Source: Candidatus Fervidifonticultor sextus
GTDB lineage: Bacteria > Sysuimicrobiota > Sysuimicrobiia > Sysuimicrobiales > Humicultoraceae
Assembly: GCA_031459875.1 (NCBI GenBank)
Contig: JAVKHQ010000008.1
Span: 34,354-98,353, forward strand
Direction of reading: 5' to 3'
DNA: 64,000 bases
The notes below the pieces were generated by a model, which worked only from the letters and a program-made list of their open reading frames with translations, was not told the DNA's origin and made no database searches. Both the position numbers and the translations under genes were made by a program. Position 1 is the stretch's first letter; each line of letters begins with the position of its first letter. This document shows positions 19,065-28,763 of the stretch, in pieces.

Positions 19065-19221
19065 CCCACCCCCCAAAAGACGGCTTTCGTCGGAACTACG
19101 GCGCCACCACGCCTCATCCCTCTGCGGGCGGGGCGTGTCGCGCCGGGGAGGGAACGGGGCCGGGGCGGAGTAGGAAAGGGCTGTTGTGCGCCGTGGGGGG
19201 CGTCCGGGGGGAGGCAGAAGG

Positions 19222-20979
19222 GTGTATCCGTCTGCGGCACAGTACGGGTCCGACCTCATCGTTGACCTCATGAAGGCCTACGGGATCGAGTACGCGGCCC
19301 TCAATCCCGGCGCGACCTTCAGGGGGCTCCACGACTCCATCGTCAACTACGGCGGCAACCGGACCCCGGAGGTCATCCTCTGCCTCCACGAGGAGATCGC
19401 CGTGGCCATAGCCCAGGGCTACGCGAAGGCGGCGGGCCGTCCGATGGCCGCCATCGTGCACGACGTCGTGGGATTGCTCCATGCCGCCATGGCCATCTAC
19501 ACCGCCTGGCTCGACCGCACGCCCGTGCTGGTCATGGGCGGCACCGGGCCGATGGCGGTCGAGCACCGCCGGCCGTGGATCGACTGGATCCACACCGCGC
19601 TCGTGCAGGGCAACGTCGTCCGCGACTACGTCAAGTGGGACGACCAGCCCGCAAGCCTCCAGGGAATCGTGGAGTCGTTCATCCGAGGCTACCGGATCGC
19701 GACCACGGAGCCCCAGGGGCCGGTGTACCTGTGCTGGGACGCGGGGCTGCAGGAGCAGGCGCTCCAGGCACCCGTGCCGATTCCGCCGCTGGAACGCTAC
19801 GGCCCGCCTGCGCGCACGCAGGCCGATCCGGCGGCGCTGCAGCACGCGGCCCGCTGGCTCGTCGAGGCGGAGCACCCGGTGGTCCTGGCCGACTACGTCG
19901 GGCGGAACCCCGATGCCGTGCCCGCGCTCGTGCGGCTCGCCGAGGCGCTGGCGCTTCCGGTCATCGACCTGGGCAGCCGCTTCAACTTTCCCAACACCCA
20001 TCCTTTGGACCTCACAGGCGCCGAGGACGAACTCCTCCCGGAGGCCGACGTCGTGCTGGCGCTGGACGTCTTCGACCTCCAGAAGGCCGTAGCGAGCACG
20101 GACCGCACGAGCCGCCTGGCCCGCTCACGGCTGCCCCACAGCGCGCGGATCGTGCACATCTCGTTCAACGACGTCATGGTCCGCAGTTGGGTGCAGGAGC
20201 AGGGGCGGCTGCAGCCCGTGGATCTCCCCATCGCCGCCGACACGTCGCTGGCGGTCCCCGCCCTTGCCGCCCTCGTCGAGCGCGCTGCGGGTGAGGATGC
20301 GGCCCTGCGGGCGCGGCGCGACCGCCGACGGGAGCGGCTGGAGCGCGCCCACCGCCGGCTGCAAGACGGGTGGCTCGCGGCCGCCGAGCGGGCACGGGAC
20401 GACCGCCCGATTTCGCTCCCCCGGCTGGCTCTGGACCTCTGGGACGTCGTGCGCGACCTGGACTGGGTCCTGGTCAACCGCACCCTGCGGGGCTGGACGC
20501 GCCGGCTATGGGCCTGGACCACGGCGACGCCCTACCTCGGCACCCACCTGGGCGGCGGCGTCGGCTACGGCCTGGGCCACGCCATCGGCGCCGCGCTGGC
20601 GCTGGGCGGCAGTCGGCTGTGCATCGATCTCCAGCCCGACGGCGACCTGCTCTACACCCCCAGCGCCCTGTGGACGGCGGCGCACCACCGGATCCCGCTG
20701 CTGGTCGTGATGTTCAACAACCGGACGTACTACAACGACGAGGAGCACCAGATCCTGATGGCCCGCGCCCGCGGCCGGCCGGTCGAGCGGGCCCACATCG
20801 GCCTGGCCATGAAGGACCCGCCGGTGGACTTCGCGGGGTTGGCCCGCTCGTTCGGGGTCGAGGCCTGGGGACCGGTGGAGGAGCCCGGGGACCTGAAGCC
20901 GGCGCTGGAGCGCGCGGTGCGTCATGTGCTGCGCGAGCGGAGGCCGGCGCTGGTGGACGTCGTCATGCAGAACAGGTAG
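19222..20979 (+). CDS. Thiamine-diphosphate-dependent enzyme (benzoylformate decarboxylase/acetolactate synthase superfamily)
   Basis: GGAGG RBS; LHEEIAVAIAQGYAK catalytic Glu; PDGDLLY...FNN ThDP motif. Confidence 0.92.
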   Translation: MYPSAAQYGSDLIVDLMKAYGIEYAALNPGATFRGLHDSIVNYGGNRTPEVILCLHEEIAVAIAQGYAKAAGRPMAAIVHDVVGLLHAAMAIYTAWLDRTPVLVMGGTGPMAVEHRRPWIDWIHTALVQGNVVRDYVKWDDQPASLQGIVESFIRGYRIATTEPQGPVYLCWDAGLQEQALQAPVPIPPLERYGPPARTQADPAALQHAARWLVEAEHPVVLADYVGRNPDAVPALVRLAEALALPVIDLGSRFNFPNTHPLDLTGAEDELLPEADVVLALDVFDLQKAVASTDRTSRLARSRLPHSARIVHISFNDVMVRSWVQEQGRLQPVDLPIAADTSLAVPALAALVERAAGEDAALRARRDRRRERLERAHRRLQDGWLAAAERARDDRPISLPRLALDLWDVVRDLDWVLVNRTLRGWTRRLWAWTTATPYLGTHLGGGVGYGLGHAIGAALALGGSRLCIDLQPDGDLLYTPSALWTAAHHRIPLLVVMFNNRTYYNDEEHQILMARARGRPVERAHIGLAMKDPPVDFAGLARSFGVEAWGPVEEPGDLKPALERAVRHVLRERRPALVDVVMQNR

Positions 20980-20994
20980 AGGAGGGAGATCCAC

Positions 20995-22611
20995 GTGCCA
21001 CCATCACTGCGCAACCGGGGCGGGGGCCGCAGCCCGCTGTTCGCCGCGCTGCGCCAGGCGGTCCGGGTGGCGGGAGCGGCCAACGTGCCGGGGGCGCCTC
21101 CGGTCGACGAACTCCTTGGGCTGCGCCTGGAGCGGCTCACCCGACGGCGCTTCCTGAAGGCGGCCATGGCCGCCGCCGCGGCGGTTGGCGTGCAGGGGGT
21201 GGCCGGCCGTCTGGGCGCCGACGTGGCGGCCGCGGCCCCGGCGGCCCCGCGCGTGGTGATCGTCGGCGGCGGCATCGCAGGTCTCCAGGCCGCCTACCGG
21301 CTGCGCCGGGCGGGGATCCGTGCCCTCGTCTACGACGCGGCGACCCGCACCGGGGGAAGGATCCGCTCGGCCGCCAACGCCATTGCGCCGGAACTGGTGA
21401 CGGAATTCGGCGGTGAGTTCATCAACAGCGATCACGAGGATGTGCTGGCGCTGGCCAGAGAGTTCGGGCTCGACCTGATGGACATGGAGGCTCCCGGCGA
21501 GGCACACCTGGAGGAGGCGTATTTCTTCGACGGCCGGCACCGGCGCGAGGCGGAAGTGGTCAACGCCTTCCGGCCGGTCGCCGAACGCATCGCGGCGGAT
21601 GCCGATCGACTGGGGGATCGCATTGACTTCCGCACCCCTGGCCCGGCGGTGCGGCTCGACCGGATGTCGCTGGCGGAGTACCTGCGCCGCATCGGCGCCA
21701 CGGGATGGTTGGGGGCGCTATTGGAGGTCGCGTACGTGACCGAGTTCGGGCTCGACGCAGCCGAGCAGTCGGCGTTGAACTTCATCACCCTGGTGGGGAC
21801 CGACCTGCGCGAGGGCTTCAGGATTGTGGGAGACAGCGACGAGCGCTACAAGGTGCGGGGCGGCAACCAGCAGATCGCAGACGCCCTGGCCAGGCGCCTG
21901 GACGGTCAGATCGAACTCGGCCACCGTCTCGTCGGGCTGCGCGCGCGGGGCCGGGGCTACCTGCTCTCGTTCGAGCGCCGCGGCAGCGGGGTCACGGACG
22001 TGGCCGCCGACGTGGTGATTCTGGCGGTGCCCTTCACCATGGTGCGCGAGGTTGACCTCCGTGTGGAGCTGCCCTCCCACAAGTGGAAGGCGATTCGCGA
22101 ACTCGGGTACGGGACCAACGCGAAATTGATGCAGGGGCTGCTGGAGCGGCCCTGGCGCGCGCGTGGATACTCGGGCGCGGCCTACTCCGACGCGGGATTC
22201 CAGTTGTGTTGGGACAACAGCCGCGGGCAGTCCGGGCCGGTCGGCGGCATCACCCTGTACTTTGGAGGGCACCTTGGGCTGGAGGTCGGCCGGGGATCTG
22301 CCGACGACCAGATGACCCGCCTGCTGCCGGGCGTGGACCGCGTCTTTCGGGGCGTGGCCGATGCCCGCGCCGGCCGGGCCGTGCGCTGGCACTGGCCCAC
22401 CTATCCGTTCACGAAGGGCAGCTACGCCTGCTACAAGCCCGGACAGTGGACCGGCATCCGGGGGGCCGAAGGGGTTCCCGTGGGGAACCTGTTCTTCGCC
22501 GGCGAGCACTGCAGCTACGACTACCAGGGCTACATGAACGGCGGCGCGGAGTCCGGCCGCCTCGCCGCGCAGGCGGTGCTGCGCCGCCTCGGGCTCCAGC
22601 GGGCAAGTTAG
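20995..22611 (+). CDS. Flavin monoamine-oxidase-family protein with Tat-like motif
   Basis: TRRRFLK, GGGIAG, RTGGRI, FAGEH, GYMNGGAESG. Confidence 0.9.
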   Translation: MPPSLRNRGGGRSPLFAALRQAVRVAGAANVPGAPPVDELLGLRLERLTRRRFLKAAMAAAAAVGVQGVAGRLGADVAAAAPAAPRVVIVGGGIAGLQAAYRLRRAGIRALVYDAATRTGGRIRSAANAIAPELVTEFGGEFINSDHEDVLALAREFGLDLMDMEAPGEAHLEEAYFFDGRHRREAEVVNAFRPVAERIAADADRLGDRIDFRTPGPAVRLDRMSLAEYLRRIGATGWLGALLEVAYVTEFGLDAAEQSALNFITLVGTDLREGFRIVGDSDERYKVRGGNQQIADALARRLDGQIELGHRLVGLRARGRGYLLSFERRGSGVTDVAADVVILAVPFTMVREVDLRVELPSHKWKAIRELGYGTNAKLMQGLLERPWRARGYSGAAYSDAGFQLCWDNSRGQSGPVGGITLYFGGHLGLEVGRGSADDQMTRLLPGVDRVFRGVADARAGRAVRWHWPTYPFTKGSYACYKPGQWTGIRGAEGVPVGNLFFAGEHCSYDYQGYMNGGAESGRLAAQAVLRRLGLQRAS

Positions 22612-22931
22612 GGGAGGTGCCGTCCCTGCAGGAGGGCCCCGGCCGACCATCCGCCGAGCATCAGGGCGATGCGGACTCCGATGAGCAGCCAGCCGACGGC
22701 AACGATGATCCAGGCGATCCGTCGGGCGACCCCTGCCAGGATGACGAACAGCGTGAGGACCGCCAGGAATCCCACGGGATCGACCAGGTCGGCGGGAATC
22801 GAAGCCTGAGGGACCACCCGCTGGATGGCCGCCACGATCGCCTCGCCCAGCGCGCGGGCGAGCGTGGAGGTGAACTGCAAGACCTTGCTGAGCAGTTCAC
22901 CGCCAGCCTGCGCCAGCCTCACCGTCTCCAT
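22608..22931 (-). CDS. Small hypothetical membrane protein
   Basis: GGGGAGGG RBS before ATG 22931; DPVGFLAVLTLF...WIIVAVGWLLI hydrophobic segments. Confidence 0.65.
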   Translation of the reverse strand: METVRLAQAGGELLSKVLQFTSTLARALGEAIVAAIQRVVPQASIPADLVDPVGFLAVLTLFVILAGVARRIAWIIVAVGWLLIGVRIALMLGGWSAGALLQGRHLP

Positions 22932-22980
22932 GGTGCCAGAGCCCTCCCCGCACCGCCCGGAGGCTGCGGGTCGGCGTGGA

Positions 22981-24468
22981 CTAGCGGAACACGAGACTCT
23001 TGACCACGACCGGCACCACGCCCTGGTCTGGCAGCGGCCGGCCGATGTCGACGTAGTCGAACTCCCGCAGCAGGACCTGGTCGATGCACACCAGAGCGCC
23101 GGTGACCCCGAACTCCTGCTGCAGCAGCGCCCCGACGAGACCGGCGACGTCGGCATCCACCACCAGGAGCAGCGGATGGCCGTTCCTGAGCTGAGGCAGG
23201 GCCGCCACGATGCCCGCGCACAGTTCCCGCAGCGACGCGTAGTCCGCGCCGTGGTGCCAGTGCACCGCCAGCGCGAAGGGGCCGTCTTCGCCGCCGGTCA
23301 GGTCGAGGCGCGCCAGGGCCCCGCGGACCGCCTGCGCGATGGCCGCCGCGGGCGGCGCCGCACGGCGCAGGCGGGCCACGGGGACGCTCCGCAGCGGCAG
23401 CACCTGCGGGTGCGACAGGAAGATCGTATCCCCGCTCAACTGCACCGTGTACTGCGACGCCCCGATGCAGGTGGCCCGGATTGCCTCGAGGGGCTCCTGC
23501 AGGGCGATCCTGAGTTCCCCGGCCCGGCGCCGCAGGGCCGCGGCCAGGCGGGGGCCCAGGTCACCGAACTCCTGCTGCTCGCGTCCGTAGACGTACTCGG
23601 CCACGCCGCCGGAGAAGACGATGCGGCGATAGGGCGGCGCCGCCAGGAGGGGCTCGGTGATCCACAGGTCGGTGTCGCGGGCGCCCATGGCGATCCCCAG
23701 GACGATCTCGGCCATGTGCGAGGCGAGTCGGTCCAGCGCCTCGGGCGGGAGGCGGTCAGCGGGCATCGGGACGCGCGAGCCCTCGCTGCGGCTGATGCCC
23801 GCCTCCACGGCCAGCCGCCGGCCGGCCTCCTCAAGGCGGGTGAGCCGCCCGTCGGCGTCCCAGGCCAGCAGCCGGGCGCCCAGGTGGATCGCCCCCGTTT
23901 GCTCCACCTGGCCGGCCCGGCAGACGGCAAACTTCGTCGTGCCGCCGCCGATGTCGACGTTCAGCAACGGCTCCTCGTCGTCCTGGGAGAACTCCACCGC
24001 GCCCGACCCGTGGGCGGCGAGCAGGCTCTCCAGGTTCGGCCCGGCGGTGGCGCACACGAACCTGCCGACCTCCCGTGCGAAGAGCTCACCGATGGCGCGG
24101 GCGTTCTCGCGCCGGGCCGCCTCGCCCGTGGTGATCACCGCGCCCGCATCGATGTCGTCTGGCAGGGCGCCCGCGTCGGTGTAGGTGGCGTTGATGAATC
24201 CGCCCAGGGCGGCCGCGTCGATCGCCCCCGAGGGCGCATACGGCGTGAAGATCACCGGCGAGCGGAACAGGATCGCCCGCTCCGTGACCGCAAAGCGGCT
24301 GGAGAGCCGGCGTCCCTGCCGCTCGAGCACCAGCCTCGAGAAGACCATGTGGGAGGTCGAGGTGCCGATGTCGACACCGACGCTGCGCAGCACGACGCGC
24401 TCGCCGACGTAGACGGCCGCCCCGTCTTCCCCGTCGAGGTGAATGTGGTCCTCGTCGAATTCGTGCAT
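22981..24468 (-). CDS. eutA: EutA-like ASKHA ATPase (ethanolamine ammonia-lyase reactivase family)
   Basis: SVGVDIGTSTSH, ITTGEAARRENA, ATAGPNLESLLAAHGSGA, NVDIGGGTTK, IRATCIGASQYT, VPVVVKSLVF. Confidence 0.88.
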   Translation of the reverse strand: MHEFDEDHIHLDGEDGAAVYVGERVVLRSVGVDIGTSTSHMVFSRLVLERQGRRLSSRFAVTERAILFRSPVIFTPYAPSGAIDAAALGGFINATYTDAGALPDDIDAGAVITTGEAARRENARAIGELFAREVGRFVCATAGPNLESLLAAHGSGAVEFSQDDEEPLLNVDIGGGTTKFAVCRAGQVEQTGAIHLGARLLAWDADGRLTRLEEAGRRLAVEAGISRSEGSRVPMPADRLPPEALDRLASHMAEIVLGIAMGARDTDLWITEPLLAAPPYRRIVFSGGVAEYVYGREQQEFGDLGPRLAAALRRRAGELRIALQEPLEAIRATCIGASQYTVQLSGDTIFLSHPQVLPLRSVPVARLRRAAPPAAAIAQAVRGALARLDLTGGEDGPFALAVHWHHGADYASLRELCAGIVAALPQLRNGHPLLLVVDADVAGLVGALLQQEFGVTGALVCIDQVLLREFDYVDIGRPLPDQGVVPVVVKSLVFR

Positions 24469-24471
24469 CCG

Positions 24472-25578
24472 CTACCCTGCCGTCCGCGCGAAGAACTCGT
24501 CCATCCTGACCTCGACCCCGTTGGCCCGGCAGCGTTCCACGAACAGCCGGTGGATCCGGGGGTCCTGGTCGGCGTACTCGATCTGGTTGCCGCCCGCCCG
24601 TGCGCTCTTGTCAATCCCCTGGTGGTCCAGGTAGCGGGTGAGCTTCCACCTCGTGCTCCCCCAGCGGATGGCCAGGTACCGGGCCGGCGTGGGGCCGGTG
24701 TTGAAGTGCTGATGCCACCACATGCCCGGCGGAACCAGCATCGTGCCCGGCTTCCAGGGGATCTCCTCGAAGGTCTCGTGCTGGTCGGTCCACATGAGCG
24801 TGTGGCCCCGGCCGTAGAGGATCACCACATGGGCGCCGGGACCGTGGCGGTGCGCCTTCTTGTAGGTTCCCACGGGGAACTCAGAGGTGTGCGCCACCAG
24901 CATGTTGTTCGCCAGTTCGAACTTCACGTGCTTCCCGCCGGCCCCCCGCTCGGGCCACTCATAGAGGGGAAGCCGGTAGACGTCGGCGACGAAATTCGTC
25001 TCCCAGATGCGCTGCGCGCTCTGCGGACGGACGTAGAGCGGGCCCGATCCGCTGAAGTAGTCGGCCTGGCCGTGGAAGCGGTCGGTGAAATCATACGGGC
25101 AGTTGAAGATGAACTCGAGGTTGCGCAGCAGGCTGATCATCAACGGCGCCGTCGTCACCGCCAGCAGCCGCGCCGGCTCCTGCCCCGAGCCGTTGTGCAG
25201 CCGGTGGAAGGTGTTCAACGGGATGGCAAACAGACTGCCGCGCTGCCACTCGAAGGTCTGCCGCGCGCCGGCCTGGTTCCACACCTCCGTCGTCCCCCGG
25301 CCGCCGAGGACGAAGAAGACCTCCTCGAAGAGGTGTCGTTCCGGGGCCGTGGAGGCGGCCGGGCCCACCTCCAGGACGTAGGCGTTGTCGGTGTCCTCGG
25401 TGCCCAGCAACTGGATGTAGCTCCCGCGGGCCTCCAGCCGGGGCCACGGCGCCACCTCGACGGTCGTCAGGTCGTCTATGGCCAGCCCGGAGACCACGGG
25501 GAGCTGTTCGCGCTCCAGAAACGCCCGGTAGCCGCTCTGGCCCCACTCCGCTGGAAGCGGAAGGGTCTCCTCCCCCAT
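24472..25578 (-). CDS. Bicupin protein (2)
   Basis: ERHLFEE...PLNTFHRLHN and YKKAHRHGPGAH...WWHQHFN; stop lies 3 nt before the EutA-like start. Confidence 0.88.
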   Translation of the reverse strand: MGEETLPLPAEWGQSGYRAFLEREQLPVVSGLAIDDLTTVEVAPWPRLEARGSYIQLLGTEDTDNAYVLEVGPAASTAPERHLFEEVFFVLGGRGTTEVWNQAGARQTFEWQRGSLFAIPLNTFHRLHNGSGQEPARLLAVTTAPLMISLLRNLEFIFNCPYDFTDRFHGQADYFSGSGPLYVRPQSAQRIWETNFVADVYRLPLYEWPERGAGGKHVKFELANNMLVAHTSEFPVGTYKKAHRHGPGAHVVILYGRGHTLMWTDQHETFEEIPWKPGTMLVPPGMWWHQHFNTGPTPARYLAIRWGSTRWKLTRYLDHQGIDKSARAGGNQIEYADQDPRIHRLFVERCRANGVEVRMDEFFARTAG

Positions 25579-25730
25579 GGCTGTCTCACCCCCCGGTTCG
25601 GCTCTCCCGCCAGCATACACAATGGCACCCTCCTCTGCCAGCCCGGGGCAGGGGCAGGCAGGAGGACAGGCCGGCGGAGGGAAATAGCGGGGAACAAACG
25701 CCGGAAACCAGAACTTGGGGGGGTTCTGTG

Positions 25731-26732
25731 ATGCGGACGGTCCTTGCCTTCCTGCTGGCGGTGCTCCTGGGGGCGACCGCGGCCCCGGCGTGGGCCCAGG
25801 CGACGTTTGCGGGCAAGACGGTCACCATCATCGTGGGCTATCCGCCGGGCGGCGGCTACGACGTGATGGCCCGCATGGTGGCCCGCCACCTGCCCCGGTT
25901 CCTGCCGGGCGGCCCCACGGTGATCGTCCAGAACATGCCCGGCGCGAACAGCATCGTCGCTGCCAATCATGTCTTCCACGTGGCCAGGCCCGATGGATTG
26001 ACGCTCGGGCTCTTCAACCGCAACCTCGTGCTGGGCCAGCTCGTCAAGGTGGAAGGGATCCGGTTCGATATGGCGCGCTTCGGCTGGGTGGGGAGCCCGG
26101 CCACCGAGACGACCATCCTGGCCATCCGGGCCGATCTCCCCTACCGGACGCCCGCCGACCTGCGCCGCGCCGACCCGGCGGTCGTCGTGGGCGCCACCGG
26201 GCCGGGGGCCAGCACCTACGACTTCCCGTTGCTGCTCAAGGCCTTCGTTGGGATGAATCTCCGGATCATCAGCGGCTACCGTTCCTCAGGCGACATCATG
26301 CTGGCCATCGAGCGGAAGGAGGCCGATGGCCGCGCCGGGTCCTACTCGTCCATCAAGCCGTTCATCGACCGCGGCCTGGTGCGCCCCATCGTGCGGGGCC
26401 ACGCCTCCGTCCCGGCGATCGAGCGGCTGCCGGTCGACGAAGATCTGAGCGAGGATCCGCGGGCGAAGGCCGTGATGCGCCTGCGCTCGGTCCCCGAGGT
26501 CGTGGGCCGGCCCTTTGTGGTGCCGCCGGCCACCCCGGCGGAGTTCGTGGACGCCTACCGGGAGGCGTTCCGGCGGATGACGGCGGATCGTGAGTTCCTG
26601 GCGGAGGCGGAGCGGGCAGGCTTCGAGATCAAGCTCACGCCGGGGGATCAGGCGCTGCGGACCATCCGCGAGGTGCTGGGCGCGCCCCCTGACGTGATCA
26701 GGGTCTTCAGCCAGTTCTATAAGTTCGACTGA
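25731..26732 (+). CDS. tctC: Tripartite tricarboxylate transporter substrate-binding protein (Bug/TctC)
   Basis: Signal peptide, IIVGYPPGGGYD, VQNMPGA, PDGLT. Confidence 0.92.
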   Translation: MRTVLAFLLAVLLGATAAPAWAQATFAGKTVTIIVGYPPGGGYDVMARMVARHLPRFLPGGPTVIVQNMPGANSIVAANHVFHVARPDGLTLGLFNRNLVLGQLVKVEGIRFDMARFGWVGSPATETTILAIRADLPYRTPADLRRADPAVVVGATGPGASTYDFPLLLKAFVGMNLRIISGYRSSGDIMLAIERKEADGRAGSYSSIKPFIDRGLVRPIVRGHASVPAIERLPVDEDLSEDPRAKAVMRLRSVPEVVGRPFVVPPATPAEFVDAYREAFRRMTADREFLAEAERAGFEIKLTPGDQALRTIREVLGAPPDVIRVFSQFYKFD

Positions 26733-26745
26733 CCCAGGCCGGGAC

Positions 26746-28254
26746 GTGCTGGTCGAGGCCTTCCTCAGGGCCTTCCTCGAGGTAATGCGGTGGGACGTCC
26801 TGAGCTTTATGCTCATCGGCGTCATCGCGGGCTTCTGGGTGGGGCTCCTGCCGGGCCTGGGCGGGGGGACCACGCTGGCCCTGATGCTGCCGTTCGTGTA
26901 CCGGATGCAGCCGGTCGAAGCCTTCGCCTTTCTGCTGGGCATGCACTCGGTGGTGGCGACCACCGGTGACATCACCTCCATCCTCTTCGGGATTCCCGGC
27001 GAGGGGACCACGGCTGCCACGATTCTCGACGGCCATGCCATGGCCAAGAAGGGAGAGGCCGGCCGGGCGCTGGGGGCGGCCCTGGCCAGTTCCCTCGTCG
27101 GCGCGATCGTCGGTGCCGGGGCCCTGCTGTTGGCCATCCCCGTGGTGCGTCCGCTGGTCCTCACCTTCGGCTCGCCCGAACTGTTCATGCTGGCCGTGCT
27201 CGGCATTGCGTTCATCGCCTCGCTGAGCGGCCGCAGACCCCGGGCGATGCTCCGCGGCTTCCTGGCCGGGGCCCTGGGTCTGCTGCTGGCTGCGGTCGGC
27301 CAGGACCCCCAGGCGGGCAACTTCCGCTACACGCTCGGCTCCCTCTACCTCTGGGACGGACTCGATCTGGTCCCGGTTCTGGTCGGGTTCTTCGCCATCC
27401 CGGAGATCATCGATCTGGCCGTCCGCGGCACCGCCATCGCCGGCGACACCCCGATCGGCCGGCTGGCGGGCGTGGCCACCGGCATCCGGGACACCTTCAG
27501 GCACTTCTGGCTCACCATCCGCTGCAGCATCATCGGCACCTACATCGGCGTCATCCCCGGACTTGGCGGGGGGGTGGCCCAGTGGGTCGCCTACGCCCAC
27601 GCCGTGCAGAGCGCGCGCCCGGGGGCCGATCGGGATGGGTTCGGCAAGGGGGACGTGCGGGGCGTGCTGGGGCCGGGTGCCGCCAACAACTCGAAGGAGG
27701 GAGGCGCCCTCGTCCCGACCATCGCCTTCGGCGTGCCGGGAAGCTCGGCAATGGCGATCCTGCTGGGTGCCTTTCTCCTGGTCGGCCTGACACCCGGCCC
27801 GGACATGCTGACCAAGCACCTGAACGTGACGCTGGCCATGGTCTGGACCATCGTGCTCGCCAACGTGGTCGCGGTGGGCGGGAGTCTGGTCTTCCTCAAC
27901 CACCTGGCCCGGCTCACCGCGATCCGCGGCGCGCTGCTGATTCCGTTCCTCGTGCTGCTCACCTTCGTCGGCGCCTACACGGCCAACAACAGCCCCGGCG
28001 ACATGGCCGTGATGTTGCTCTTCGGCGGGCTGGGTTACCTGATGGTGCGGTTTCACTGGCCGCGGGCCCCGCTGGTGTTGGGCTTCGTCCTCGGCGAGAT
28101 CGCGGAGCGCTACCTGTGGATCTCGGTGGCGCGCTACGGCGCGGCCTGGCTGGGCCGGCCCGTGGTCGTCGCGCTGCTCCTGCTGACCGTCGGCGTCATC
28201 GCATCCGCGCTGGTCCAGTACCGCCGGGTCGCGATCGGGGAGGCGCCGCCGTGA
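26746..28254 (+). CDS. tctA: Tripartite tricarboxylate transporter large permease
   Basis: GLLPGLGG, ILFGIPGE, AANNSKEGGALVPTIAFGVPGS. Confidence 0.95.
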   Translation: MLVEAFLRAFLEVMRWDVLSFMLIGVIAGFWVGLLPGLGGGTTLALMLPFVYRMQPVEAFAFLLGMHSVVATTGDITSILFGIPGEGTTAATILDGHAMAKKGEAGRALGAALASSLVGAIVGAGALLLAIPVVRPLVLTFGSPELFMLAVLGIAFIASLSGRRPRAMLRGFLAGALGLLLAAVGQDPQAGNFRYTLGSLYLWDGLDLVPVLVGFFAIPEIIDLAVRGTAIAGDTPIGRLAGVATGIRDTFRHFWLTIRCSIIGTYIGVIPGLGGGVAQWVAYAHAVQSARPGADRDGFGKGDVRGVLGPGAANNSKEGGALVPTIAFGVPGSSAMAILLGAFLLVGLTPGPDMLTKHLNVTLAMVWTIVLANVVAVGGSLVFLNHLARLTAIRGALLIPFLVLLTFVGAYTANNSPGDMAVMLLFGGLGYLMVRFHWPRAPLVLGFVLGEIAERYLWISVARYGAAWLGRPVVVALLLLTVGVIASALVQYRRVAIGEAPP

Positions 28255-28739
28255 GGCGGCCCGGCCGGCCGGCCGGCCGCGTCGTCTTTGCCGGCGGCGT
28301 TGCCCTGCTGGCGGCGTGGGCTCTGGCGCAGACGACGGGGTGGCCCATCAAGACGGCACTCTACCCGCGCGTCGTCGGAATTCCCCTGCTGGCGCTGGCG
28401 ATCGCAGAAACGGTGCTCAGCCTGCGCGGACGCGAGGAGGAGCCCCGTGAGGCGGTTGACGTGACGCTATCCACCGAGGTCCCCCCCAGGGTCGCCGGGC
28501 GCCGGACGGCCGCCGTCATCGCCTGGATGGGAGGCTTCTACCTGGGGGTGCTCCTGCTCGGCTTTCCCCGGGCCGTCCCGCTCTTCGTCTTCGCCTACCT
28601 GCGCATTCAGGCAGGGGAGTCATGGGTCACCGCGCTGCTCCTGGCGGCGTCTGCCTGGCTGGGCTTCACCCTCCTGTTCGTCAACCTGCTGCACGTCCCG
28701 TTCGCGGATGGGATCTTCTGGAGGCTCTTCGTGCCATGA
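28251..28739 (+). CDS. tctB: Tripartite tricarboxylate transporter small permease
   Basis: GTGA overlap with tctA; four TM, YP motif, LLGF, FVNLLHVPF. Confidence 0.85.
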   Translation: MRRPGRPAGRVVFAGGVALLAAWALAQTTGWPIKTALYPRVVGIPLLALAIAETVLSLRGREEEPREAVDVTLSTEVPPRVAGRRTAAVIAWMGGFYLGVLLLGFPRAVPLFVFAYLRIQAGESWVTALLLAASAWLGFTLLFVNLLHVPFADGIFWRLFVP

Positions 28740-28763
28740 ACGCCCGCAGTTGGGCTCGAGGGG

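Noticed and set aside
22825..25731. 968-aa plus-strand ORF, and similar long ORFs at 36557-38929, 40078-42240 and 54973-57723
   Set aside because: Antisense shadows of well-supported genes. Stop-poor frames are expected at this GC content, and the translations have no recognisable motifs.
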